Positions 1 through 7,663 of a DNA stretch of 15,913 nucleotides are shown here, piece after piece. Positions within the stretch are counted from its first letter, which is position 1. Each line of letters starts with the position of its first letter. A program made the translations under genes and the position numbers. The notes beneath the pieces are model-generated. The model searched no databases, was not told where the DNA came from, and was given only the letters and a program-made list of their open reading frames with translations. The stretch is from a virus (lineage: Duplodnaviria > Heunggongvirae > Uroviricota > Caudoviricetes), in IMG/VR virus record IMGVR_UViG_2909298281_000004. One strand, written 5' to 3'.

Positions 1-1053
1 TTACGGGGTAATGCCAACCGCTGCCGCCACTTTGTCGCCACTTGGCAGCGTTGCCAGAGGATTGAAACGGAGCGCCGTTTCCAGATGATCCGGTGCCAGA
101 TGAGCGTAACGCATAGTCATTTTTATATCGTGATGTCCGAGGATTTTTTGCAAAGCAAGGATATTTCCACCCGACATCATGAAATGCGCCGCAAACGTAT
201 GGCGCAGAACGTGTGTCAGTTGACCGCGAGGGAGCACGATTGACGTTTTTTCCATCACGGATAAAAATTGAAAATAGCAGTCTGTGAAGAAATTGAACCC
301 ATCAAGCGCCATGATCTCTTCATAAAGCTCTTTACTGATAGGGATGCTTCTGTTTTTCTTCCCCTTCGTTCTTACAAAGGTAATTCGGTATTTAGTCACC
401 TGTGATCGGGTAAGGTTTATTGCTTCTCGCCAGCGTGCGCCTGTGCTTAAGCATATCTTGACTACCAGTGCCAGAATTGGGTCCTGACGTTTGCAATCAG
501 CCAGCAGTTCAACAATCTGCTCATGGGTAAGCCATGCCATCTCTTTTTCTGCGATGGTGAATTTTCGCATGTTCTCCAGTGGGTTTGGATACGACCATTC
601 GCCCAGGCGGGATAGTTCGCTAAAAACACTACTTAGATAGCTTTGCTCCAGGTTAATGGTGACCGGGCTTGCTCCTTTCTTCCATTTCTCGCTGAAGTAG
701 ATCTCACCTGTCAGGCGTTTATCTCGATAGTGGGCAAACATTTTAGAGGTGAGATCGGTTGCAAGGGGATTGCCCAGAGCGTCAACCATCAACAGCAATT
801 TATCATAGACATGCTGCCCAGCGGTTAGAGATTTACCATGTAGTTTGAACCATAGCTCAACCACGTCTTTCAGTGTTCGACGATCCACTGATTCTCCCAG
901 CCAGGGCTTTGCTTCGGTTTCTTCCATCGTATGGCGCTCAAAAGCCAGAGCTTCGCCTTTGGTGGCGAATTGTTTACGCACACGACGCCCACTACGTCCG
1001 GCGGGGTAACATTCGCAAAGCCATTTTCCTGTGGTGAGTTTTCGTACTGCCAT
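1..1053 (-). CDS. int: Tyrosine integrase, P2/186 family
   Basis: ORF 1..1131(-) has the N-terminal and C-terminal pattern of 186/P2 integrases (MAVRKLTTGKW...KQFATKGEALAFE... and ...LTHVLRHTFAAHFMMSGGNILALQKILGHHDIKMTMRYAHLAP). I place the start at the internal ATG at 1051-1053 (MAVRK), which has a GGAGGG Shine-Dalgarno just upstream on the minus strand. The stop codon is at 1-3, so the gene is complete but attL is outside the window. Confidence 0.85.
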   Translation of the reverse strand: MAVRKLTTGKWLCECYPAGRSGRRVRKQFATKGEALAFERHTMEETEAKPWLGESVDRRTLKDVVELWFKLHGKSLTAGQHVYDKLLLMVDALGNPLATDLTSKMFAHYRDKRLTGEIYFSEKWKKGASPVTINLEQSYLSSVFSELSRLGEWSYPNPLENMRKFTIAEKEMAWLTHEQIVELLADCKRQDPILALVVKICLSTGARWREAINLTRSQVTKYRITFVRTKGKKNRSIPISKELYEEIMALDGFNFFTDCYFQFLSVMEKTSIVLPRGQLTHVLRHTFAAHFMMSGGNILALQKILGHHDIKMTMRYAHLAPDHLETALRFNPLATLPSGDKVAAAVGITP

Positions 1054-1239
1054 AAAAAATGCCCTCCAATAGAGAGCATTTTTACTGTATGTATAACCAG
1101 TGTCAATGTATGAAATCCTGCGACCATACATCTCACTGAAGCCATAATGAAGTTGGCTATTTTTTGCTATGTGAGTATGTGACTTTTGCGGTTAGCCTGC
1201 GACTCATTGTTATATTAGGCGCAGATATAAAAGCAAAAT

Positions 1240-1431
1240 TTATCGCGAGTTTTTAGTACAGATTTTTTTTGATTTACTAATAGTTCCATCATTGCAAACG
1301 AACTTTCCATCGGAGGTACAGTGAGAGACACCTCCCTTTTTCCCAGAACAAGGATAATTTTTAGCATAGGTAGTTAGTGGGTTTAATAACAAAGAGCATG
1401 ATAAAACCACAAAAAATACCTTACCAAGCAT
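1240..1431 (-). CDS. Hypothetical small secreted cysteine-rich protein (63 aa), candidate moron
   Basis: ATG at 1431(-) is preceded by a GGAGG Shine-Dalgarno at about 5 nt spacing. The N-terminus [23 protein letters not shown] looks like a signal peptide, followed by a roughly 40-aa lysine-rich segment with 4 Cys. The locus is markedly AT-rich compared with the tail genes. No homolog recognised. Confidence 0.45.
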   Translation of the reverse strand: MLGKVFFVVLSCSLLLNPLTTYAKNYPCSGKKGGVSHCTSDGKFVCNDGTISKSKKICTKNSR

Positions 1432-1446
1432 AGTTTCCTCCCGGTA

Positions 1447-2016
1447 TTACCTAACGTACTTAATTGTTAAACTTATAATTTTCCCAATTATTTCAACATC
1501 TTCTATCTTGCACTCGAAGGCTCTGTTTCCACCTTCAACGAAGATTCTTCCACCGGGTAAACGAGTAATGTCGCGGATTGTTATTTCGCCATCAATACTT
1601 ATTACCCATTTACCGTCACGTATATCATCAAATTCTTTATCACAAATAAATTCAGAATTGTTATCTGTGATGACAAAAGGTTTTTTAAACGTAGAGGGTA
1701 GAAATCCCTTATCAAAAATATAAAAACCGTCTTCACGCAAGGCACCATCAGATAATACATATTTAGCAACTTCCATAGTATTTGTATTACCTGAAGTTTG
1801 CTTTGAACCATGTCCGGTTGTGAGCCAATTAAGCGAGGTGCCCGTTTCAAGGGCGCACTGGATTACCCATTCTGCTGGGAATGAGTCACGCATGTAGCGT
1901 GTGGCGAGTGTACTTTTAGAGATTCCTAAATGATCGCACAACGCCTGTCGAGTTTTGAATCCATAAGCTTCTACCATGCGCTCTATAGCGCCTCGTCCGC
2001 CTTTCTCCAAATTCAT
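1447..2016 (-). CDS. cI: Immunity repressor, 186 CI-like (about 189 aa)
   Basis: 191-aa ORF divergent from the early operon, similar in size to phage 186 CI and much longer than P2 C. The N-terminal region (ERMVEAYGFKTRQALCDHLGISKSTLATRYMRDSFPAEWVIQCALETGTSLNWL) looks like a helix-turn-helix repressor. The ORF track starts at GTG 2022; the ATG at 2014-2016 with an upstream GGAG is the more likely start. Confidence 0.75.
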   Translation of the reverse strand: MNLEKGGRGAIERMVEAYGFKTRQALCDHLGISKSTLATRYMRDSFPAEWVIQCALETGTSLNWLTTGHGSKQTSGNTNTMEVAKYVLSDGALREDGFYIFDKGFLPSTFKKPFVITDNNSEFICDKEFDDIRDGKWVISIDGEITIRDITRLPGGRIFVEGGNRAFECKIEDVEIIGKIISLTIKYVR

Positions 2017-2040
2017 GGTCACTCCAAGTGAACTTTTATC

Positions 2041-2069
2041 TTGACGATTTCACTGTGCGATCGTATGTT
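2041..2069 (+). promoter_or_regulatory. Candidate early rightward promoter pR (sigma70-like) for the apl-cII operon
   Basis: TTGACG at 2041-2046, a 17-nt spacer, then TATGTT at 2064-2069, about 70 bp upstream of the apl/cox start. GTGAAC (2028-2033) and GTTCAC (2076-2081) form an inverted pair flanking it, with a TTCAC half-site at 2049-2053; these may be operator half-sites. Confidence 0.4.
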
Positions 2070-2141
2070 TATGGTGTTCACAAAATACAAACGATCCGTA
2101 TTCGTCCTGATTAATCATCATTAAACGAGGAATGTTGCATC

Positions 2142-2363
2142 ATGAGACCTAACATTTCAATCACTCTTACCACGCCTCATGTGACTATTGAACGCTATAG
2201 CGAGCTGACAGGGCTGTCCATCGATACCATCAATGACATGTTGGCTGACGGACGCCTTATCCGTCACCGTCTGCGCAAAGATAAAAAACGTGAAAAAGTG
2301 ATGATCAACATAGCAGCCATGACCGTTGATGCGCTTTCAGAATGCAATCTAAACCTTAATTAG
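2142..2363 (+). CDS. Apl/Cox-like excisionase and early-switch regulator (73 aa)
   Basis: First gene of the rightward operon, divergent from cI, small and basic. The call rests on position in the P2/186 genetic switch, not on recognised sequence identity. Confidence 0.55.
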   Translation: MRPNISITLTTPHVTIERYSELTGLSIDTINDMLADGRLIRHRLRKDKKREKVMINIAAMTVDALSECNLNLN

Positions 2364-2395
2364 TTCGATTCTGAAATACATCAGAGGCATTGACC

Positions 2396-2905
2396 ATGTT
2401 TGATTACCAAGTTTCCAAACATCCACATTTTGATGAAGCCTGTCGTGCATTCGCATTGCGCCACAACCTAGTGCAACTGGCAGAACGTGCAGGCATGAAT
2501 GTGCAGATTCTGCGGAACAAGCTGAACCCAGCTCAACCTCATTTATTAACCGCACCAGAAATCTGGTTGCTTACCGATCTGACTGAAGATTCAACGCTGG
2601 TAGATGGCTTTCTGGCACAGATTCACTGCCTGCCATGTGTACCGATTAATGAGGTGGCAAAAGAGAAACTGCCGCATTACGTCATGAGTGCAACTGCAGA
2701 GATAGGGCGTGTCGCGGCAGGTGCGGTTTCTGGCGATGTAAAAACCAGTGCAGGCCGTCGTGATGCGATCAGCAGCATTAACTCTGTTACACGACTGATG
2801 GCGCTGGCTGCTGTTTCATTGCAGGCCCGTTTACAGGCTAATCCTGCGATGGCGAGTGCAGTTGATACCGTGACTGGCCTCGGTGCTTCATTCGGTTTGC
2901 TGTGA
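2396..2905 (+). CDS. cII: CII-like lysogeny-establishment activator (169 aa)
   Basis: Second gene of the early operon. Using the ATG at 2396 (AGAGG Shine-Dalgarno 8 nt upstream) gives 169 aa, the size I recall for 186 CII. Assignment is by position and size. Confidence 0.6.
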   Translation: MFDYQVSKHPHFDEACRAFALRHNLVQLAERAGMNVQILRNKLNPAQPHLLTAPEIWLLTDLTEDSTLVDGFLAQIHCLPCVPINEVAKEKLPHYVMSATAEIGRVAAGAVSGDVKTSAGRRDAISSINSVTRLMALAAVSLQARLQANPAMASAVDTVTGLGASFGLL

Positions 2906-2912
2906 GGTGCTT

Positions 2913-3113
2913 ATGCTGACGAAAGAACCATCATTTGCATCGCTGCTGGTAAAACAAAGTCCGGCAATGCACTACGGTCACGGCTGGATCATGGGTGAGG
3001 ATGGTAAACGCTGGCATCCGTGCCGTTCACAAGATGAATTGCTGGCAGAACTATCTACGAAAAAACGGGGGAACAAATGGCTATTGAAGGCGCTGCGGCG
3101 ACTGTTCCATTAA
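2913..3113 (+). CDS. Small early protein, possibly Fil-like (about 66 aa)
   Basis: ORF 2883..3113; the likely start is the ATG at 2913 (MLTKEPSF...) preceded by GAGGTG. It sits where 186 carries fil, directly after cII. Function not established from sequence. Confidence 0.45.
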   Translation: MLTKEPSFASLLVKQSPAMHYGHGWIMGEDGKRWHPCRSQDELLAELSTKKRGNKWLLKALRRLFH

Positions 3114-3418
3114 GACCCGGTGAACGCCTGAATGGACTTAATCATATTGCGGAGTTAAGGGCGAAAGTTTTTGGTTTGAATATTGAGTCAGAGCTTGAGC
3201 GGTTTATTAAAGATATGCGTGATCCTCGGGATATCAATAATGAACAAAATAAACGGGCACTGGCTGCCATATTCTTTATGGCAAAAATTCCAGCTGAACG
3301 TCATAGCATCAGCATTAATGAGCTGACCACTGACGAAAAGCGGGAGTTGATTAAAGCAATGAATCATTTTCGTGCAGTGGTGAGCTTATTTCCCAGACGG
3401 CTAACCATGCCGAATTAA
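3077..3418 (+). CDS. Hypothetical early-region protein (113 aa), possibly Dhr-like
   Basis: ORF overlapping the end of the preceding gene as in a translationally coupled operon. No motif recognised; the position matches 186 dhr. Confidence 0.45.
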   Translation: MAIEGAAATVPLRPGERLNGLNHIAELRAKVFGLNIESELERFIKDMRDPRDINNEQNKRALAAIFFMAKIPAERHSISINELTTDEKRELIKAMNHFRAVVSLFPRRLTMPN

Positions 3419-3485
3419 CCAACTAATGAAATTAATGGCGTAAACCCGCCGGGCATCCCTTTATCTAAATTCAGGAGAATTGCTT

Positions 3486-3719
3486 ATGCGTAATATTGAA
3501 ACCCTCACGACCAAAACCGGACCGGATGATGCAGGTCTTAATCTTTTACTGACAGAGGCTCGTCTGGAAGAACGCCGGGCAAGGGCTGAAGCAATGGCTG
3601 CTCGCCTCGATAGCTTGGCGTGTCATATCACCTCCCGCCAGCTAAACCACGTCGAAGCGGCAGAACTGCTGCGTGTGACTGCTGAAGCAATCCAGAACGA
3701 AGCGCAGGAGATCCACTGA
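3486..3719 (+). CDS. Hypothetical small early protein (about 77 aa)
   Basis: ATG at 3486 with AGGAG at 3473-3477. The protein is charged and predicted helical (LEERRARAEAMAARL). Its stop overlaps the next start (ATGA at 3716-3719). Confidence 0.5.
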   Translation: MRNIETLTTKTGPDDAGLNLLLTEARLEERRARAEAMAARLDSLACHITSRQLNHVEAAELLRVTAEAIQNEAQEIH

Positions 3720-3946
3720 TGGCTGATGCAATGGATCTCGTACAGCAGCGCGTTGAAGAAGAACGCCAACGCCATATCCGTGCTGCCCGTGCCAAAACGC
3801 CGGGCGTGTCCCGCGTGCTTTGCGTTGAGTGTGAAGCGCCAATTCCGCCAGCACGCCGCCGTGCCATTCCGGGTGTGCAGCTTTGCATTACCTGTCAGGA
3901 AATCGCAGAGCTGAAAGGCAAACATTACAACGGAGGTGCTGTATGA
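3719..3946 (+). CDS. TraR/DksA-family C4 zinc-finger protein (75 aa)
   Basis: Contains CVEC-x17-CITC, a four-cysteine zinc finger in a small protein, typical of phage TraR-like proteins. AGGAG lies 8 nt upstream. Confidence 0.7.
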   Translation: MADAMDLVQQRVEEERQRHIRAARAKTPGVSRVLCVECEAPIPPARRRAIPGVQLCITCQEIAELKGKHYNGGAV

Positions 3947-4153
3947 GCACCATCCTGAAATGGGCAGGAAATAAAACCGCCATAATGTCCGAACTGAAAA
4001 AGCATCTTCCTGCTGGCCCGCGACTGGTTGAACCTTTCGCGGGTTCCTGTGCAGTGATGATGGAGACGGATTATCCCAGCTATCTTGTTGCGGATATTAA
4101 TCCTGATTTAATCAACCTCTATAAAAAGGTTGCTGCTGATTGTGAGGCGTTTA
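3943..4153 (+). pseudogene. Phage dam-like N6-adenine DNA methyltransferase, N-terminal about 70 codons, truncated by IS1
   Basis: ILKWAGNK...LVEPFAGSCAVMMETDYPSYLVADINPDLINLY aligns with the N-terminus of Dam-family methyltransferases (E. coli Dam: FLKWAGGK...LVEPFVGAGSVFLNTDF..ILADINSDLISLY). The reading frame runs into the IS1 left end and stops at 4156-4158. Confidence 0.75.
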
Positions 4154-4208
4154 GGTGATGCTGCCAACTTACTGATTTAGTGTATGATGGTGTTTTTGAG
4201 GTGCTCCA

Positions 4209-4484
4209 GTGGCTTCTGTTTCTATCAGCTGTCCCTCCTGTTCAGCTACTGACGGGGTGGTGCGTAACGGCAAAAGCACCGCCGGACATCAGCGCTATCT
4301 CTGCTCTCACTGCCGTAAAACATGGCAACTGCAGTTCACTTACACCGCTTCTCAACCCGGTACGCACCAGAAAATCATTGATATGGCCATGAATGGCGTT
4401 GGATGCCGGGCAACTGCCCGCATTATGGGCGTTGGCCTCAACACGATTTTACGTCACTTAAAAAACTCAGGCCGCAGTCGGTAA
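4209..4484 (+). CDS. insA: IS1 InsA
   Basis: 91-aa [46 protein letters not shown]... matches IS1 InsA as remembered. Confidence 0.9.
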
Positions 4485-4906
4485 CCTCGCGCATACAGCC
4501 GGGCAGTGACGTCATCGTCTGCGCAGAAATGGACGAACAGTGGGGATACGTCGGGGCTAAATCGCGCCAGCGCTGGCTGTTTTACGCGTATGACAGGCTC
4601 CGGAAGACGGTTGTTGCGCACGTATTCGGTGAACGCACTATGGCGACGCTGGTGCGTCTTATGAGCCTGCTGTCACCCTTTGACGTGGTGATATGGATGA
4701 CGGATGGCTGGCCGCTGTATGAATCCCGCCTGAAGGGAAAGCTGCACGTAATCAGCAAGCGATATACGCAGCGAATTGAGCGGCATAACCTGAATCTGAG
4801 GCAGCACCTGGCACGGCTGGGACGGAAGTCGCTGTCGTTCTCAAAATCGGTGGAGCTGCATGACAAAGTCATCGGGCATTATCTGAACATAAAACACTAT
4901 CAATAA
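4403..4906 (+). CDS. insB: IS1 InsB reading frame (expressed as InsAB' transposase by -1 frameshift)
   Basis: ORF with ...[18 protein letters not shown]...[12 protein letters not shown]..., characteristic of IS1 InsB. The A6C slippery run lies at 4460-4466 near the end of insA. Confidence 0.85.
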
Positions 4907-4921
4907 GTTGGAGTCATTACC

Positions 4922-5175
4922 AGCATGGCGCAGTCCACTTTTTTAGGAAAAGGGATGCTGAATGTAATTCTCATTGTTTGCGTCGATAATGTCGGCGTAA
5001 CCGCACCACGACCATATTGCAGGATTTTCCCGTTGGGTAATTTCATCCATCCATCACCACTGGCAAAAGAGGCCATGTCCGGTATCTGATTTTCCCCTGT
5101 CCCCACATCCCGTTTTGCCGCTTCTCCCAAACCAACGTTTAAGAAAATGCAGAGGTAACAGCTAACTGGCATCAT
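4922..5175 (-). pseudogene. Fragment of a tail-fibre variable segment (alternative C-terminal cassette), truncated by IS1
   Basis: The minus-strand ORF starts at 5175 and runs into the IS1 right end. It contains DGWMKLPNGKILQYG, which resembles the motif I recall at the start of variable C-terminal domains of Mu/P1/e14-type tail fibres. It is opposite in orientation and adjacent to the invertase, as S'v is to gin in Mu. Confidence 0.4.
5122..5147. other. Candidate Gin/Hin/Pin-type recombination crossover site (single copy)
   Basis: TTCTCCCAAACC-AA-CGTTTAAGAAAA is a 26-bp imperfect dyad resembling hixL (TTCTTGAAAACC AA GGTTTTTGATAA) and gix sites as recalled. It lies just inside the 5' end of the tail-fibre fragment, about 55 bp from pin. 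No partner site is present in the window. Confidence 0.35.
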
Positions 5176-5202
5176 CTCCGGTTTTTATTCAGGGGGATGA
5201 TC

Positions 5203-5769
5203 ATGCTTATTGGCTATGTACGCGTGTCAACAAATGACCAGAACACCGATTTGCAACGTAATGCACTGAACTGCGCGGGATGTGAGCGGATTTTTGAGGA
5301 CAAAATCAGTGGCACTAAGTCCGACAGACCGGGGCTGAAAAAACTACTCAGGACACTATCGGCAGGAGACACGCTGGTTGTCTGGAAGCTGGACAGGTTG
5401 GGGCGCAGTATGCGGCATCTTGTTACGCTGATAGAAGAGTTGCGCCAGCGTGGTGTGAATTTCAGAAGCCTGACTGACAGTATTGATACCAGTACCCCAA
5501 TGGGCCGTTTCTTTTTTCATGTCATGGGTGCCCTGGCTGAAATGGAACGCGAACTGATAGTTGAACGTACCAGGGCAGGGCTGGCTGCAGCTCGTGCCAA
5601 AGGCAGAGTAGGTGGACGCCGTCCTAAGTTGACCACCGAACAGTGGGCACAGATTGGGCGTTTACTCGAGGCCGGAGAATCAATACAGCGTATTGCACTG
5701 ATTTTTGATGTAGGCGTTTCTACCATTTATAGAAAATTTCCGGCAAATAAGATCAATGAATCCCCCTGA
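5203..5769 (+). CDS. pin: Serine DNA invertase, Gin/Pin/Hin/Cin family
   Basis: MLIGYVRVSTNDQNTDLQRNAL...LVVWKLDRLGRSMRHL...FRSLTDSIDTSTPMGRFFFHVMGALAEMERELI..., near-identical in pattern to Mu Gin with the catalytic Ser in YVRVSTNDQ. Start chosen at ATG 5203 (GGGGG 6 nt upstream) rather than the ORF-track ATG at 5197. Confidence 0.9.
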   Translation: MLIGYVRVSTNDQNTDLQRNALNCAGCERIFEDKISGTKSDRPGLKKLLRTLSAGDTLVVWKLDRLGRSMRHLVTLIEELRQRGVNFRSLTDSIDTSTPMGRFFFHVMGALAEMERELIVERTRAGLAAARAKGRVGGRRPKLTTEQWAQIGRLLEAGESIQRIALIFDVGVSTIYRKFPANKINESP

Positions 5770-5817
5770 ATCAGCATTATGTTGATTATCCCTGCAAGCA
5801 GACAAATACCGTTATTT

Positions 5818-5835
5818 TGTGTGAATAACGACACA
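5818..5835 (+). promoter_or_regulatory. Candidate Ogr-dependent late promoter element (TGT-N12-ACA) upstream of the tail operon
   Basis: TGT at 5818-5820 and ACA at 5833-5835 are separated by 12 nt, centred about 85 bp upstream of the FI ATG. This is the dyad that P2-type late promoters carry near -55. It sits within a larger palindrome CGTTATTttgtgtgAATAACG (5810-5830). Confidence 0.45.
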
Positions 5836-5911
5836 ACTGCGCTTAGCTGTTTGTCAGGCACAATCACTTCAACATAGGGCGAAGCCTAATCCAATCAGGA
5901 GGTTCGCCACT

Positions 5912-7084
5912 ATGGCTCAGGATTACCACCACGGGGTGCGCGTTGTTGAAGTCAACGAAGGCACCCGATCTATTACCACGGTGAGCACCGCCATCGTGGG
6001 TATGGTCTGCACGGGCGATGATGCCGATGCAAAAATGTTTCCTCTTAATAAACCCGTGCTGATCACTGATGTGCTGACTGCCAGCGGTAAAGCGGGTGAG
6101 TCAGGTACTCTGGCCCGTTCGCTGGATGCCATCGCTGACCAGGCAAAACCCGTGACCATTGTTGTGCGTGTGCCGCAGGGTGAAACGGAAGACGAAACCA
6201 CGACCAATATCATCGGCGCAGTGACTGCTGAAGGTAAAAAAACAGGTATGAAAGCCCTGTTATCTGCCCAGTCACAGCTCGGCGTTAAACCGCGCATTCT
6301 CGGCGTGCCAGGCCACGACACCAAGGCGGTAGCTACTGAGTTGCTGAGCGTGGCGCAAAGCCTGCGTGGATTTGCTTACCTGTCAGCGTATGGCTGCAAG
6401 ACAGTGCAGGAGGCGATCACTTACCGCGAAAACTTCAGCCAGCGCGAAGGGATGCTGATCTGGCCTGACTTTACTGGCTGGGACACGGTGCTGAATGCCG
6501 AAGCAACGGCATATGCCACCGCCCGTGCGCTTGGTCTGCGCGCCAAAATTGACGAGCAGACCGGATGGCACAAAAGCCTGTCCAACGTGGGCGTGAACGG
6601 TGTCACCGGAATTTCTGCAGATGTGTTCTGGGATCTGCAGGACCCGGCAACCGATGCAGGTCTGCTGAACCAGAACGACGTCACCACGCTTGTGCGTAAA
6701 GACGGTTTCCGCTTCTGGGGTTCCCGCTGCCTGAGTGATGACCCGCTCTTTGCCTTCGAAAACTACACCCGCACGGCGCAGGTGCTGATGGACACGATGG
6801 CAGAAGCACACATGTGGGCGGTGGATAAACCGCTTAACCCGTCGCTGGCCCGCGACATTATCGAAGGTATCCGCGCCAAAATGCGCAGCCTGGTCAGTCA
6901 GGGCTATCTCATTGGTGGTGATTGCTGGCTGGATGAGTCGGTGAACGACAAAGACACGCTGAAAGCCGGAAAACTCACCATCGACTACGACTACACGCCA
7001 GTGCCGCCACTTGAAAACCTGATGCTGCGTCAGCGCATCACCGATCAGTACCTGGTGAATTTCGCCAGCCAGGTCAGCGCGTAA
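5912..7084 (+). CDS. FI: Contractile tail sheath protein (P2 FI-like, 390 aa)
   Basis: [19 protein letters not shown]...[15 protein letters not shown]...[25 protein letters not shown]...[24 protein letters not shown] aligns along its length with P2 gpFI as remembered. CAGGAGG Shine-Dalgarno upstream. Confidence 0.92.
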   Translation: MAQDYHHGVRVVEVNEGTRSITTVSTAIVGMVCTGDDADAKMFPLNKPVLITDVLTASGKAGESGTLARSLDAIADQAKPVTIVVRVPQGETEDETTTNIIGAVTAEGKKTGMKALLSAQSQLGVKPRILGVPGHDTKAVATELLSVAQSLRGFAYLSAYGCKTVQEAITYRENFSQREGMLIWPDFTGWDTVLNAEATAYATARALGLRAKIDEQTGWHKSLSNVGVNGVTGISADVFWDLQDPATDAGLLNQNDVTTLVRKDGFRFWGSRCLSDDPLFAFENYTRTAQVLMDTMAEAHMWAVDKPLNPSLARDIIEGIRAKMRSLVSQGYLIGGDCWLDESVNDKDTLKAGKLTIDYDYTPVPPLENLMLRQRITDQYLVNFASQVSA

Positions 7085-7093
7085 GGGGACAAC

Positions 7094-7609
7094 ATGGCTT
7101 TACCACGCAAATTAAAACACCTGAACCTGTTTAACGACGGGAACAACTGGCAGGGGATCGTTGAGTCGCTGACGCTGCCGAAATTTACCCGCAAATATGA
7201 GAAGTATCGCGGCGGCGGAATGCCGGGTGCGGTGGATGTGGATCTGGGGCTTGATGACAGTGCGCTGGACACAGAATTTTCCATTGGTGGTACTGAATTG
7301 CTGCTGTTTAAACAGATGGGTAAAGCCACGGTGGATGGCATCCAGCTGCGCTTTACCGGCTCTATTCAGCGTGACGATACCGGGGAAGTGCAGGCCGTGG
7401 AGCTTGTCGTGCGTGGACGTCACAAAGAAGTGGATTCCGGCGAGTGGAAGACGGGCGAAAGCAACACCACCAAAGTGACCAGTACCAACAGCTACGCGAA
7501 GCTGACCATCAATGGTGAGGTGCTCTATGAAGTGGACCTTATCAACATGGTGGAAATTGTGGACGGTGTGGACCTGATGGAAGCGCACCGCAACGCCCTC
7601 GGCCTCTGA
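7094..7609 (+). CDS. FII: Tail tube protein (P2 FII-like, 171 aa)
   Basis: Immediately downstream of the sheath gene with the size and position of P2 gpFII; begins MALPRKLKHLNLFNDG. Confidence 0.88.
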   Translation: MALPRKLKHLNLFNDGNNWQGIVESLTLPKFTRKYEKYRGGGMPGAVDVDLGLDDSALDTEFSIGGTELLLFKQMGKATVDGIQLRFTGSIQRDDTGEVQAVELVVRGRHKEVDSGEWKTGESNTTKVTSTNSYAKLTINGEVLYEVDLINMVEIVDGVDLMEAHRNALGL

Positions 7610-7663
7610 TATATCTGAACGGCGCGGGATACCGCGCCAGAACCCAATTGACAGGACAGCAAA

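Larger units (their letters stand above)
4154..4921 (+). mobile_element. IS1 insertion sequence, complete 768 bp
   Basis: Left inverted repeat GGTGATGCTGCCAACTTACTGAT at 4154-4176 and right inverted repeat ending ...ATCAATAAGTTGGAGTCATTACC at 4921. Contains insA and the insB frame with the A6C frameshift motif at 4460-4466. Confidence 0.92.

Noticed and set aside
1054-1131. N-terminal 26-codon extension of the integrase ORF (MYGRRISYIDTGYTYSKNALYWRAFF)
   Set aside because: Integrases of this family begin near MAVRK/MTVRK, and the internal ATG at 1053 has a strong Shine-Dalgarno; the extension is probably untranslated leader.
1313-1340. Plus-strand hairpin GGAGGT-N12-ACCTCC followed by CTTTTTC inside the small secreted ORF
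   Set aside because: It would terminate plus-strand transcription where no plus-strand gene exists upstream, and the stem is short with a 12-nt loop. It is probably coincidental, although it slightly lowers my confidence in the overlapping ORF.
1508-1850. ORFs of 71 aa on the plus strand and 82 aa on the minus strand within the cI region
   Set aside because: Both overlap the repressor gene in other frames and have low-complexity, AT-rich-derived composition.
5923-6811. Minus-strand ORFs of 133, 142 and 88 aa inside the sheath gene
   Set aside because: Antisense to the FI gene, which aligns along its length to the P2 sheath protein.
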